Shown: positions 11,107-21,564 of the stretch, one piece after another
Layout of the letters: the number at the start of each line of letters is the position of its first letter
Position numbering within the stretch: the first letter of the stretch is position 1
Notes under the pieces: model-generated
Databases searched by the model: none
What the model saw: only the letters and a program-made list of their open reading frames with translations
Told to the model about the DNA's origin: nothing
Assembly: GCA_039920545.1 (NCBI GenBank)
Contig: JBDSDN010000015.1
Location: 3,122-67,121 of the forward strand
Source of the DNA: Ferruginibacter sp.
GTDB taxonomy: Bacteria; Bacteroidota; Bacteroidia; Chitinophagales; Chitinophagaceae
Reading direction: 5' to 3'
DNA: 64,000 bases
Position numbers and translations under genes: made by a program

Positions 11107-11844
11107 TTAAGGAACGTAACCGAGTTTTAAATGTATAGGAAACACAACAGGAAGAAAAACGGATTCTGGCCAATATGGTTTTATCTCTTGCAGCAAGTCC
11201 GCTAAGGGGTTATAATTCTTTACGCCAATAAATTTTTGAAGTGCGCTCCAGGTGCTGAGGTAGCCCTCGAGATCTTTAATAATCCAGTTGGCTTTTATAT
11301 AAAATTGTGGGTGTGGGATTCCATTAAATGGAAATGGAATATTTGTATAAGCGTCATCTACAAATTTTCTTTCTTCATCCCAGTAATCCTTTAATGTTTC
11401 AAAATGATAATGCTTAATAATTTTATCAATTGCAGGAGTTATGGTTAAGAGGCCATAGGCCCAAGCTGCAATAACTGCCCCGGGAGCACCAACTCTTTTT
11501 ACTTCCTTATAAAACGCTGGCAAATTAAACCAGTGCAATGCCTGCGAAATAGTAATAAGGTTTACTGATTTGTCTTTCAGGGCTGTTTTTTCAGCTGGTT
11601 CAACACAATAGAGAATATTACCAGCTTTTGAGGCATGGGTTAATTGTTTTTCACTGATGTCAGTGGCATAAACTTCCTTGAAATACTTTCCGATTTCCCT
11701 GGCTGTTTGCCCGTTACCTGTACCACAATCCCAGGCTAAATTTTTAGGGGAAACTGTATTTGTTAAAAAGTCAAATAACTCATTAGGGTATTGAGGGCGG
11801 TACTGTGAATAACGCAGCGCTTGTTTAGAGAAATTGTCTTTCAT
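11107..11844 (-). CDS. Class I SAM-dependent methyltransferase
   Basis: YRPQYP, WDCGTGNGQ and QALHWF motifs. Start moved to MKDNFSKQA at 11844. Confidence 0.88.
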   Translation of the reverse strand: MKDNFSKQALRYSQYRPQYPNELFDFLTNTVSPKNLAWDCGTGNGQTAREIGKYFKEVYATDISEKQLTHASKAGNILYCVEPAEKTALKDKSVNLITISQALHWFNLPAFYKEVKRVGAPGAVIAAWAYGLLTITPAIDKIIKHYHFETLKDYWDEERKFVDDAYTNIPFPFNGIPHPQFYIKANWIIKDLEGYLSTWSALQKFIGVKNYNPLADLLQEIKPYWPESVFLPVVFPIHLKLGYVP

Positions 11845-11986
11845 AATTAAATCTCTTGGTATATACATTAATTTCAGCCCGGTGACCTCCCATGGCATTT
11901 AAATTAAATAATTTATACTAAATCAGGTAATAACAAATTTGTTTTTAGTTTTCTTTGGTATAGAAACCTTAGTGTTAGCAAGAAAT

Positions 11987-12014
11987 AAAAAAGCGCTTCT
12001 AATATTTGAAGCGC
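11987..12014 (-). terminator. Probable intrinsic terminator downstream of the small YtxH-like gene
   Basis: GCGCTTC-N8-GAAGCGC hairpin with an adjacent A-run (U-tract on the minus strand). Confidence 0.55.
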
Positions 12015-12081
12015 CTTAAGCAATTTTTTTTACTAAATAAGAGTGTATTGCTGAAGCAAAATCAGGAGTTTATGAATAAAA

Positions 12082-12300
12082 TTAAAACCCCGTTTTAAAG
12101 CTGCTCTCAGCAGCTTCCGCAGCAGTATTGAATTTTGTTTTAATTTCTTCCGGGACCAATCTGTCTACCAGCACTTTTCCTTTTTCTTTAAGTGAATTCA
12201 TCAATTCATTTTTTTGGTCTTCTGTCATTTTAGAATATTTATACGCAGCATAAATAGCCAGCCCTGCCCCTGCAAGAAATAATGTTTTGTTGTTTAACAT
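12082..12300 (-). CDS. Small membrane-anchored YtxH-like protein
   Basis: N-terminal LFLAGAGLAIYAAY anchor followed by a charged helical segment; 72 aa. Confidence 0.65.
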   Translation of the reverse strand: MLNNKTLFLAGAGLAIYAAYKYSKMTEDQKNELMNSLKEKGKVLVDRLVPEEIKTKFNTAAEAAESSFKTGF

Positions 12301-12410
12301 GGTAATAATGTTTTGTGGGTGAAAAATTCAATTCTATTTATAAATAATAAAATATCGTACCAGTTTTTTCAGACCCTAAATAGTGTACTTGAAGAATAAA
12401 TATCCACAAT

Positions 12411-13247
12411 TTAAGTTTTTGGGAAATCTGCATTTACGGTCGTTTCTTCCCAGTTATCAAAATCATTCTTTAGTTCGTCTAGCTTTAGCCGTGCCCCCTT
12501 TAAGGCAGCGGTACCCAGTAAAAGACGGAGGGGAGGTTCCTTGGCCGCCACAACTTTAATAATTGCCTTGGCCGCCCGTAACGGGTCGCCAGGCTGGTTA
12601 CCGCTATAGTTTCGGATATCGGCGGCGTTTTGTCCGGCTGTTTTTAAATAGTCATCAATTTTTATGGGGCTATCCTGGGCGGAACGTCCAGCCCAATCTG
12701 TGCGAAACCCGCTGGGAGCAACGATCGTGACTTTTATTCCCAATGGTGATACTTCCTTTGCCAATGCCTCAGATAACCCATCCACAGCATATTTTGTGGC
12801 ATTGTAAAAGCCTACTCCCGGGAAACTTCTTAACCCGCCAATAGAGGCAATATTAACGATATGACCAGAACGTTGTTTACGCATTAAGGGCAATACCTGT
12901 TGCGTCATTTTGGCCAGGCCGAAAAAGTTAATTTCAAACATGTTTCTTATTGCTCCCTCCTCACTCTCTTCTATTGCACCAAAATAACCTATACCTGCAT
13001 TATTTACCAGAACATCAATTTGCCCAAATTTTTCCATCACAGTATTTACCGAACCTGTAATGTCATTTCCCTGGGTGACATCTAATTTTACTGCAATTGC
13101 TGATTGGGGATATGCTTCTACAATATCTTTTACATCCGCAATATTTCGTGCAGCCACCGCAGCATTGTATCCCTTAGCCAAAACTTCTTTTGCGAGCTCA
13201 CGGCCAAAACCTGTAGAGCATCCAGTTATTAACCAAACTTTTTCCAT
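12411..13247 (-). CDS. Short-chain dehydrogenase/reductase
   Basis: TGCSTGFG, NNAG and YNATK motifs. Confidence 0.92.
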   Translation of the reverse strand: MEKVWLITGCSTGFGRELAKEVLAKGYNAAVAARNIADVKDIVEAYPQSAIAVKLDVTQGNDITGSVNTVMEKFGQIDVLVNNAGIGYFGAIEESEEGAIRNMFEINFFGLAKMTQQVLPLMRKQRSGHIVNIASIGGLRSFPGVGFYNATKYAVDGLSEALAKEVSPLGIKVTIVAPSGFRTDWAGRSAQDSPIKIDDYLKTAGQNAADIRNYSGNQPGDPLRAAKAIIKVVAAKEPPLRLLLGTAALKGARLKLDELKNDFDNWEETTVNADFPKT

Positions 13248-13511
13248 ATCTTATTTTAGTGAATAACAAACTGATAAAAGATTTGTTCATGTTTTATACC
13301 CAAAGCTAAGGCTTTGAGATTATTTTTGGAGGGCCAGCTACCTTACAACTATTTATCTTAATTGGCACAGTTTATATTGGGAAACGAAGAACACTCTTGT
13401 GCATTAATTCATAATTGAACATGGTGGTAATTTTTGCCATTATAATTAAATCGCCAATCACCTGAGTCATTAAATCAGTAAACATTAAATTTGCACTTGT
13501 AAAAAAATAAT

Positions 13512-13958
13512 ATGAACGACACAAAACTAACAACCGGTAATATACAAACCAATAAAGGCACCCTAACTTTTGAATTGTATGATGATGACGCACCGATTGC
13601 TGTAGCAAATTTTAAAAAACTGGCAGCGCAGGGTTATTATGATGGACTTAGTTTTCATCGGGTGATACCAAACTTTATGGTCCAAACCGGTTGCCCGGAT
13701 GGTACAGGTGCCGGTGGACCGGGCTACTCAATTAAATGTGAAACAACCGGTAGCAAACAGTATCACGATCGTGGTGTAATGTCTATGGCACACCGGGGAA
13801 AGGATACCGGTGGCTCCCAATTTTTCATTTGTCACAACCGGGCTGGCACCCAACATTTGGATGGCGTACATACCTGCTTTGGTAAAGTTACAGCTGGGCT
13901 GGAATTTTTAGATGACATCCAGGGTGGCGACAAAATGGAGAAGGTAACATTAGATTAA
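13512..13958 (+). CDS. Cyclophilin-type peptidyl-prolyl cis-trans isomerase
   Basis: FHRVIPNFMVQTG, SMAHRGKDTGGSQFFI and HLDGVHTCFG motifs. Confidence 0.93.
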   Translation: MNDTKLTTGNIQTNKGTLTFELYDDDAPIAVANFKKLAAQGYYDGLSFHRVIPNFMVQTGCPDGTGAGGPGYSIKCETTGSKQYHDRGVMSMAHRGKDTGGSQFFICHNRAGTQHLDGVHTCFGKVTAGLEFLDDIQGGDKMEKVTLD

Positions 13959-14380
13959 TTGGTTTTTACCGTGCGCTGTTACATTTTATTATACTTATAG
14001 AAACTGCGATGAGCCATGGAGAAATCGGATTAAAAATATTTGCGTGGGCTTCACACGCTACCTGCATATACATATATGCCACCACTTCTTTAGAAAATAA
14101 ACAGAAATCTTTTAGAAAAAATGTACATACAATCTTTGATACTTGCAGGAACTTTTGCGCAACAAAGTACCAACTCCGGCGTTACAAGTTTGTTGGCATT
14201 AGTATAGGCGACGGCAGGGCAAGCGGTGAATTTTAACCCGCACACATTTTAATAGATTAAAGCATTAACATAAATATTACTTATTTAGCCATTATTTGAA
14301 TTAATTGGCATTATTTTTCTTATACATGCCTCACCAGTTATACCCTGGTATTAAACCGCATTAAAATAAAAACAAAAATT

Positions 14381-14950
14381 ATGAAAAAGATTTTACCAAT
14401 ATTATTTATTGTTGCTGCTTTTACAGCATGCCAGAGTGGCCCAAAAAAAGATATTGAAGTTAAAAAAGACTTTGTTCTGGTAGATACCACTAAAATTTAT
14501 CCTAACAGCGCTTCTTCGGATACGGGGCTTGTTACCAGGAATGTTGTAGTGGCTCCACCCGTGGTAGCTTTGCCACCGCCTGTTGTGAATAAGCGCCCGG
14601 CACAAAGAACTTCTACAACTACAACCCGCCCGAGCGTAAAAACTAATTCCCCCGTAAATACTAACACAACACTACCCACACCAGCAGGTTCAACAACTAC
14701 TACAACCAGTGGTACTGCAAAAGCGGACACTGTTGCAAAAGCAGCGCCTGTAGTTAAAAAGAAAGAAGGTTGGAGTGATGCTGCGAAGGGTGCAACTATT
14801 GGTGGTGTAGGTGGTGCAGCAGCTGGTGCGGTAATCGGGCGTAACGGTAAGGGTGCCGTTATTGGTGGCATCATTGGTGCAGCCGGCGGGTATATATTAG
14901 GCCGCAAAAAAGATAAGCAGAGTGGTAGAGTGGATACTATAAAACATTAA
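14381..14950 (+). CDS. Glycine-zipper (YMGG-like) lipoprotein
   Basis: Lipobox FTAC, Pro/Thr-rich linker, C-terminal GATIGGVGGAAAGAVIG..GAVIGGIIGAAGGYILG. Confidence 0.8.
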   Translation: MKKILPILFIVAAFTACQSGPKKDIEVKKDFVLVDTTKIYPNSASSDTGLVTRNVVVAPPVVALPPPVVNKRPAQRTSTTTTRPSVKTNSPVNTNTTLPTPAGSTTTTTSGTAKADTVAKAAPVVKKKEGWSDAAKGATIGGVGGAAAGAVIGRNGKGAVIGGIIGAAGGYILGRKKDKQSGRVDTIKH

Positions 14951-14971
14951 ATTCTTTTTTAAAATTAATTT

Positions 14972-15001
14972 AAGCCATAAATAATTTTTATGGCTTTTTT
15001 T
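14972..15001 (+). terminator. Intrinsic terminator
   Basis: AAGCCATAAA..TTTATGGCTT followed by a T-run, 21 nt after the stop codon. Confidence 0.75.
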
Positions 15002-15236
15002 GTAGTAGGTAAAGTTTCAGATTTAAAACTTGATTCAGAAAGCCTCGTTTGTTTCTTCATTTACTACCATCTTGCTCATGAAATTTATTTTAAGGATTGC
15101 CCGGCAAAAAGCGTTAAAAATAGAGCAAAAAATATTATTTATGAATTGAAGCTGGTGAGATAAACATGAAGTTGACCGTTGATAGAATAAAAGTTGACTA
15201 TTTATTTTTAATCAAAAGTACGCTATCAATGGTCAA

Positions 15237-16424
15237 TTATAAAATACTGTCTGTTTTTAAAATAAGTAAAAACAATTCTCCATTTCGTTTAATTATAACC
15301 TTCACTCTTTCATTTGCTACCTGCAAAAGATTTTTGTACGCCTGAATATTGTTAGAAAAATTTCCATTTACGGCGATCACCTGATCATCTACTTTTAAGC
15401 CGCATTTATCAGCTGGAGAGTCTTTAATAATATCAAGCACAATTATTTTATTATCAATATAATAAATACCAAGGCCCGTGTATGCATAATCAAAAACTTC
15501 GTAAAAATGGCTATTGGGCAACAGGTGAATTTCACGTTGCCCGTAATTAAAAATTAAATTAAACCTTCTTAAAAGTTCATTACCCAAAAGCCCCCCGGAA
15601 AAAGGATAAGAGGTAACATTAAATTCATCGTTATATAAATAAGTGGGAACACTTTTGAACCTGTACGGCCCTATTTTTACTTCTTTTAAAACCGTCAATC
15701 GCATTTGTGAGCGGCCTGCCATCCCTTCTGCTTGTGTATAAACTGGTTTTCTTTTTTTTAGCAATATATTGCTGTCAGCTGCAAATTTTTCACTCAATAA
15801 AAAACAAAGTCCAGCACCTGTATCAAAATAAAAATTGTAATCAAATTTCTTCCGGTCTTTTATCTGCATGTATTGGATAGGAAGGGATGTGAATATGGGA
15901 TGTAATAACGTACCTCCCTTTGGATAAGTTATTTTTCCGGGGCTGTATACTTCAAGCTGCAGGCTGTCAAAATTTAATTTTATAATATATCTTCTAAAAA
16001 AACTATACCCCAGTATACCATCTATTTTTTCGCCATATACCGTAGTTAACACTTCATAATCATTTACATGAAAATTAAGCCGTTCAACTTTTAATCCAGG
16101 AAAAGATAAAGATTTATTAAACACAAAATGCACTTTACGTATACCTCCAATACCGGTAATAGTCGTGTCAGTGGGTTTGGTGGGTATGTGAAATTCTGCA
16201 CAAGTAGCAGAGTCTAGCGATATACCTCCGCTGCCGGTATCCAAAATAAAATTCAGGCTGTCTTTCATATTTTCAAAAACGGCTCTTACAATCATTACCC
16301 CCCCGCTATATTGCTTAAAGGGAAATTTCGTAATAAATTTAGCATTGGGCTGCGATAGAAGTTCTTGTGCGTGTAGCCAGGCAGGAAACAAAAACAGAAG
16401 TATAAATATTTTACAAAGTCTCAT
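15237..16424 (-). CDS. Secreted tandem retropepsin-like aspartyl protease with C-terminal PDZ domain
   Basis: Signal peptide; two DTG motifs (LDTGSGG, FDTGAG), each with a downstream GILG/GLLG; PDZ-like DSPADKCGLKVDDQVIAVNG. Confidence 0.85.
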   Translation of the reverse strand: MRLCKIFILLFLFPAWLHAQELLSQPNAKFITKFPFKQYSGGVMIVRAVFENMKDSLNFILDTGSGGISLDSATCAEFHIPTKPTDTTITGIGGIRKVHFVFNKSLSFPGLKVERLNFHVNDYEVLTTVYGEKIDGILGYSFFRRYIIKLNFDSLQLEVYSPGKITYPKGGTLLHPIFTSLPIQYMQIKDRKKFDYNFYFDTGAGLCFLLSEKFAADSNILLKKRKPVYTQAEGMAGRSQMRLTVLKEVKIGPYRFKSVPTYLYNDEFNVTSYPFSGGLLGNELLRRFNLIFNYGQREIHLLPNSHFYEVFDYAYTGLGIYYIDNKIIVLDIIKDSPADKCGLKVDDQVIAVNGNFSNNIQAYKNLLQVANERVKVIIKRNGELFLLILKTDSIL

Positions 16425-16557
16425 ATAAACGATAAAGGAATATACAACCTAATGAGTGTAATTTTGTTAATAGTTTTATAACCGGTATTTAACAACTTTT
16501 AAAATATTATCGCCACTTAAGCAACCGGCTGAAGCTTGAAAATAACTTTTAATTACC

Positions 16558-17682
16558 ATGATGAATTTAAATGAATTATTTCAAAAAGCTCTGCGGTTCG
16601 ATTGGTTATCTGTAGAGGAAGGGGTTTATTTATTTGAAAACGCTGCACTTACAGAATTAATGTTTGTTGCAGATGAGTTACGAAAAATTCAGGTTCCTCA
16701 TGGTAAAGTAACCTGGCAGATAGATAGAAATGTAAATACCACGAATGTATGTATTGCCAATTGTAAATTCTGCAATTTTTACCGTATCCCTGGCCATGCC
16801 GATGCTTATATAACAGATATTGAAACCTATAAAAGAAAAATCGAAGAAACGATTAAATACGGTGGTGACCAGTTGTTATTGCAGGGCGGGCATCACCCGG
16901 CGCTAGGCCTTTCTTTTTATGTGAATCTCTTTAAGGAATTAAAATCTTTATTCCCAAATATCAAATTACATACCCTGGGCCCACCGGAGGTTGCACATAT
17001 TACCAAGTTAGAAAAGAGTACACACCGCCAGGTTTTAATAGCATTAAAAGAAGCAGGTATGGATAGCCTGCCGGGTGCCGGGGCAGAAATATTAACGGAT
17101 AGGGTAAGACGCTTAATAAGTAAAGGTAAATGTGGCGCCCAGGAATGGCTCGATATTATGTATGAAGCGCACAAACTAAATATCACAACTTCTGCTACCA
17201 TGATGTTTGGACATGTGGAAACCTTGCAGGAACGATTTGAACACCTGGTTAAAATTCGGGAAGTTCAAAGCCGCAAACCCGCAGAGGCAAAAGGCTTTCT
17301 TGCTTTTATACCCTGGACTTTCCAGGATGCGGATACATTGCTGGCAAAAATACGGGGAGTACACAACCTTACTACTCCTGAAGAATATATGCGGATGATT
17401 GCCATGAGCCGTATCATGTTGCCGAATATTAAAAATATTCAGGCAAGCTGGCTTACCGTTGGCAAGCCTGTCGCCCAACTCTGCCTCCAGGGTGGTGCCA
17501 ACGACTTTGGCAGTATAATGATAGAAGAAAATGTAGTAAGTGCCGCCGGCGCACCACACCGTTTTACCAGTACCACTATTCAACAGAGTATAAAAGATGC
17601 AGGCTTTGAGCCCCAGCTACGCAACCAGCAGTATGATTGGCGGGAGTTGCCCATTATGGAAGAGCAGGTGATAGATTATTAA
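16558..17682 (+). CDS. mqnC: Cyclic dehypoxanthine futalosine synthase (CofH/MqnC radical SAM)
   Basis: DRNVNTTNVCIANCKFCNF (CxxxCxxC), LLQGGHHP, PGAGAEIL, GANDFGSIMIEENVVSAAG. Confidence 0.85.
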   Translation: MMNLNELFQKALRFDWLSVEEGVYLFENAALTELMFVADELRKIQVPHGKVTWQIDRNVNTTNVCIANCKFCNFYRIPGHADAYITDIETYKRKIEETIKYGGDQLLLQGGHHPALGLSFYVNLFKELKSLFPNIKLHTLGPPEVAHITKLEKSTHRQVLIALKEAGMDSLPGAGAEILTDRVRRLISKGKCGAQEWLDIMYEAHKLNITTSATMMFGHVETLQERFEHLVKIREVQSRKPAEAKGFLAFIPWTFQDADTLLAKIRGVHNLTTPEEYMRMIAMSRIMLPNIKNIQASWLTVGKPVAQLCLQGGANDFGSIMIEENVVSAAGAPHRFTSTTIQQSIKDAGFEPQLRNQQYDWRELPIMEEQVIDY

Positions 17683-17888
17683 AACAAGAAGGTAATATAC
17701 AAGCGGGCAGGCAAACTTAAAAACTCTACATCGTTCCTGCTTTTTAAAGCATTGCCTTGTGGCGTTTTCTACAGCTTTAACCAGGTTTAAAATTTCCGCA
17801 GAAATATTTGAATGAAGGAATTCCTTTAACCTGCCTTATAAAAAAGCTTTTATATTGTTACGATAAAATCTGCAGTAATTAGAATACC

Positions 17889-18818
17889 TTAAGCAACCTT
17901 ACTTATGGTGGATAAATACACCCCAGTTGCTATTAAAGCCGCAGCTACTATTTTATAAAATGTCAGTTCCTCCCCTAGAACAATCATAGCAATGATAGCA
18001 GCAAAAACCGGTTGGGAATAAATATATGTTCCCGCCATAGATGCACCTAGAATTTTTAAACCATAAACATTTAGCAGGTAAGCTAAAAAAGTTCCGCCAA
18101 TTACTACCAGTCCCAGCTTTAAATAATCTACACCCGTATATATTTTCCAGGGCACTTCGCCAAATTGGTTCCAGCAGAAGGGTAACATCAAAAAAAAGCC
18201 GATGGTAAATATCACCCGAATTACTGTCACTGGCGGGTATTCTTTCATCAATGGCTTTACCAGGATAAAATAAATAGTATAGAAAACCGCATTCAAAATA
18301 ATAAAAATATCGCCCAGCAAAACATCGGCCCCCTTCCCGGAGTTTTCTTTGGCTAAGATTAGCACTAAAGCACCTGAAATGCCCAGGGCCAGGCCTGCAA
18401 GTTTAAAACTATTCAGGCGTTCTTTCAAAACCCAGGCCGCAATAACGGTTATCAATATCGGAGTGGTAAGCATAAGTAACGATGCATGTATGGAGTAGGT
18501 AAGTGACAATCCTTTTATAAAAAGCAATTGATTAATGGCGATACCTGATAGCGCACAGTAGAAAAACCTTTTATAATCTTTGCGTTGTATACCCTGCTTT
18601 ACAGGGTTAAACAAAAACAATATCCAGAGTAAAATTACGCTTACACCTACCCGTATTATATTTAAGCCAAAAGGTTTTACCAACCCATTATTTATCAAGT
18701 CTTTTACAACTGTATAATTTAGGGCAAATAATATATTTGTTCCTAAAAGTGCCAGGTGGGCTTTTGTATTTTCTTTCAAAATAATTCTAAAATCAAAAAG
18801 GGTTTTTAATTTCCCCAT
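17889..18818 (-). CDS. DMT/EamA family transporter
   Basis: Ten hydrophobic segments in two EamA repeats (LKER, QPVFAAIIA..LGE). Start uncertain: ATG 18818 or TTG 18779. Confidence 0.88.
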   Translation of the reverse strand: MGKLKTLFDFRIILKENTKAHLALLGTNILFALNYTVVKDLINNGLVKPFGLNIIRVGVSVILLWILFLFNPVKQGIQRKDYKRFFYCALSGIAINQLLFIKGLSLTYSIHASLLMLTTPILITVIAAWVLKERLNSFKLAGLALGISGALVLILAKENSGKGADVLLGDIFIILNAVFYTIYFILVKPLMKEYPPVTVIRVIFTIGFFLMLPFCWNQFGEVPWKIYTGVDYLKLGLVVIGGTFLAYLLNVYGLKILGASMAGTYIYSQPVFAAIIAMIVLGEELTFYKIVAAALIATGVYLSTISKVA

Positions 18819-18911
18819 TGTGTTTTGTAAATGATAAAACCATGTTTTACGCCTGTTGTTCCTTAGGTTTATTACATATGCGTAAAAGGGCAAAGTTCGG
18901 TATCCGGCATT

Positions 18912-18941
18912 AAAAAAACCACCTTTAGAAAAAGGCGGTTT
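18912..18941 (-). terminator. recA intrinsic terminator
   Basis: Minus strand reads AAACCGCCTTT-ttct-AAAGGTGGTTT followed by a T-run. Confidence 0.7.
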
Positions 18942-19052
18942 AATACTTAATAACCTAACATAAAAATCTTACTACCAGCTTTTTCTCCAAAAGGAGATTA
19001 GATGTTTTATATTTTGCATCTTAGCGTTTTATCTGTAAGTAAAGTAACCAGT

Positions 19053-20051
19053 TTATCCCTGGTTCTCTTTTATTTTTGCCCTTATTTTTGCTTCTATTTC
19101 ATTTGCCATTTCAGGATTGTCTACCATAAGTTGTTTTACAGATTCCCTGCCTTGCCCCAGCTTATCGTTATTATAGCTAAACCAACTTCCGCTTTTTTGT
19201 ATTATACCAAGCTCTACGCCCATATCTATAATTTCCCCTACTTTAGAAATGCCCTCTCCATAAATAATATCAAACTCTGCTGTACGAAATGGCGGTGCTA
19301 CTTTGTTCTTTACCACTTTAACCTTAATATGGTTACCTATAATTTCGTCACCATCTTTTAGTTGTGCCTGGCGGCGGATATCCAGCCTTACAGAGGAATA
19401 AAATTTAAGTGCATTACCACCTGTCGTGGTTTCGGGGTTGCCAAACATTATTCCTATTTTTTCACGCAATTGATTTATAAAAATGCAGCAACTATTTGTT
19501 TTTGAAATAGTGGCTGTCAGTTTTCGAAGTGCCTGGCTCATAAGCCGGGCCTGAAGACCCATTTTGCTATCTCCCATTTCCCCTTCTAACTCACTCTTGG
19601 GTACCAGCGCCGCCACCGAATCTATTACTACCACATCCAGTGCTCCGGAAAGAATGAGCCTGTCTGCTATTTCAAGTGCCTGCTCGCCATAATCAGGCTG
19701 GGATATTAATAAGTTATCTATATCCACGCCTAATTTTTGGGCATATATACTATCAAAAGCATGTTCTGCATCAATAAATGCACACATCCCGCCTTTCTTT
19801 TGGGCTTCTGCTATTACATGAATCGCCAGTGTAGTTTTTCCAGAAGATTCTGGCCCGTAAATTTCTACTACTCTTCCTTTGGGCAAGCCCCCAATGCCCA
19901 GCGCCACATCAAGTCCTATAGACCCCGTTGAAATAACTTCTTGCTCTATATGCCCTTTCTCATTCATCATCATTACCGATCCTTTGCCAAAATCTTTGTC
20001 AATTTTATCCATTGTCAATTTTAGCGCCTTTAATTTTTCTGCGTTGCTCAT
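19053..20051 (-). CDS. recA: Recombinase A
   Basis: [27 protein letters not shown] and [15 protein letters not shown] motifs. Confidence 0.99.
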   Translation of the reverse strand: MSNAEKLKALKLTMDKIDKDFGKGSVMMMNEKGHIEQEVISTGSIGLDVALGIGGLPKGRVVEIYGPESSGKTTLAIHVIAEAQKKGGMCAFIDAEHAFDSIYAQKLGVDIDNLLISQPDYGEQALEIADRLILSGALDVVVIDSVAALVPKSELEGEMGDSKMGLQARLMSQALRKLTATISKTNSCCIFINQLREKIGIMFGNPETTTGGNALKFYSSVRLDIRRQAQLKDGDEIIGNHIKVKVVKNKVAPPFRTAEFDIIYGEGISKVGEIIDMGVELGIIQKSGSWFSYNNDKLGQGRESVKQLMVDNPEMANEIEAKIRAKIKENQG

Positions 20052-20109
20052 TGTTTGTTTTTTTTTAAGTGATGTATCTGTGTTAAAGCTGTAAAAGTAT
20101 TTATGTCAG

Positions 20110-20173
20110 CAAAGGTAAAAGATTTATTTTATTCACACTAATATATTTAGTAATAAATTGATAATATATTTAG
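20110..20173 (-). promoter_or_regulatory. recA promoter (-7 element TACCTTTG) with two CTAA-N5-TTAG palindromic operator-like boxes
   Basis: CAAAGGTA at 20110-20117; ACTAA-TATAT-TTAGT at 20137-20151; ATAA-TATAT-TTAG at 20161-20173. Confidence 0.7.
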
Positions 20174-20318
20174 TTTTACAGTTTAAAAATATCTAGTAAA
20201 ATAAAAGCCTTTTTAAAGCCAAAAAAGGTAGGTTGTTTTTATATTCACTGCTGTCTTAAATTAGTGATCTTTAAATGGTTATTTTTGGAGCTTCGAACTA
20301 ACTTATAAAAATAAAAAA

Positions 20319-20783
20319 ATGAAATTTATATTCATCAGCGTAGCAATAATGTTGTCCTTAAATGCTTTTTGCCAGGTTAAGCCTGCTGCAAAAGGGACGA
20401 TTTATGGCGCAAAAACCACTGCGGGAGGTGCCATAGAATTAAATCTTTTAGAAGAAAAGCTGGAAACCGCCGAAAGATTTACCGGCAAAGTAAAAGGCAC
20501 CGTATTAAGTGTTTGCGAACAAAAGGGTTGCTGGATGAAGTTGGCCCAGGCAGATGGCGACGGAATAATGATACGCTTTAAAGATTATAAATTCTTCATG
20601 CCAAAAAATATTGTAGGTAAAGATGTCGTATTGGAAGGCATGGCAGAAAAAACCACTACATCCGTAGAAATGCTAAGACATTATGCAGAAGATGCCGGAA
20701 AAAACGCTGCCGAAATCGAAAAAATAAAGGAGCCCAAAACGGCTATTGAGTTTATTGCACGGGGAGTTTTGGTAACCAATTAA
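20319..20783 (+). CDS. DUF4920 family secreted OB-fold-like protein
   Basis: Signal peptide; VC..KGCWM and RFKDYKFFMPK..HYAEDAG motifs. Confidence 0.8.
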   Translation: MKFIFISVAIMLSLNAFCQVKPAAKGTIYGAKTTAGGAIELNLLEEKLETAERFTGKVKGTVLSVCEQKGCWMKLAQADGDGIMIRFKDYKFFMPKNIVGKDVVLEGMAEKTTTSVEMLRHYAEDAGKNAAEIEKIKEPKTAIEFIARGVLVTN

Positions 20784-20908
20784 GATGCGATTGAACGTTG
20801 TCTTTTAAGTGATTTTTAATTTTAGTCGGGGCTTTACTAAAAATTATACACCTAAAAATTAGCTTATCAATCGCATCTGGGTTGAAATTTAATTTTGTAA
20901 GAGGGTTT

Positions 20909-21541
20909 TTATAAATTATCATATTCATACAGCGGGTCTATATGCGACCCTGCATCCATTTCACATACTTGTTTTATTAAACCATCGGTAAGCCCGTAAA
21001 CCCAGCCATGCAACTGTGGCCGCTGTTCTGCTTTCCAGGCTTTTTGAATAATGGAAGTTTTGGCAAGGTTAAATATCTGTTCTCTTACATTTAGTTCAGT
21101 CAGCTTGTTTACCTTTTCATTTTCGGTAGTCAAACTATCTACCTCTTCCCGGTGAAACCGGTACACATCTTTAATTTCTTTAAGCCAGTGATTTATGATG
21201 CCAAGGTGATGATTTCCCATGGCTGCTTTTACTCCCCCACAACCATAATGGCCACAAACTATCACGTGTTTTACTTTTAAAACTTCTACGGCATATTCTA
21301 AGACACTCAGTAGATTTATATCTGTGTTTACAACCAGGTTGGCAATATTGCGGTGCACAAAAATTTCGCCAGGTTCTGTACCGGTTATTTTATCTGCTGG
21401 CACCCGGCTATCGCTACATCCGATCCATAAAAATTCCGGGGCCTGTTGGGCTGAGAGTCTTTTAAAAAAATCCGGGTCAGTTTTATTTTGTTCGGCAGCC
21501 CAGGCTTTATTTTCTATTAATAATTTTTCGTAAGAGAGCAT
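20909..21541 (-). CDS. can: Beta-class carbonic anhydrase
   Basis: WIGCSDSRVP, FVHRNIAN and CGHYGCGG zinc-ligand motifs. Confidence 0.95.
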   Translation of the reverse strand: MLSYEKLLIENKAWAAEQNKTDPDFFKRLSAQQAPEFLWIGCSDSRVPADKITGTEPGEIFVHRNIANLVVNTDINLLSVLEYAVEVLKVKHVIVCGHYGCGGVKAAMGNHHLGIINHWLKEIKDVYRFHREEVDSLTTENEKVNKLTELNVREQIFNLAKTSIIQKAWKAEQRPQLHGWVYGLTDGLIKQVCEMDAGSHIDPLYEYDNL

Positions 21542-21564
21542 ATATAATATTTTAATAAAGTTAA

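Noticed and set aside
14009-14236. 75-aa ORF between the cyclophilin and glycine-zipper genes
   Set aside because: No recognisable motif or typical start context; probably a chance ORF.
14497-14907. Long antisense ORFs here and opposite rho, comB, asnS, recA and the AsmA-like gene
   Set aside because: Shadow frames of well-supported genes on the other strand.
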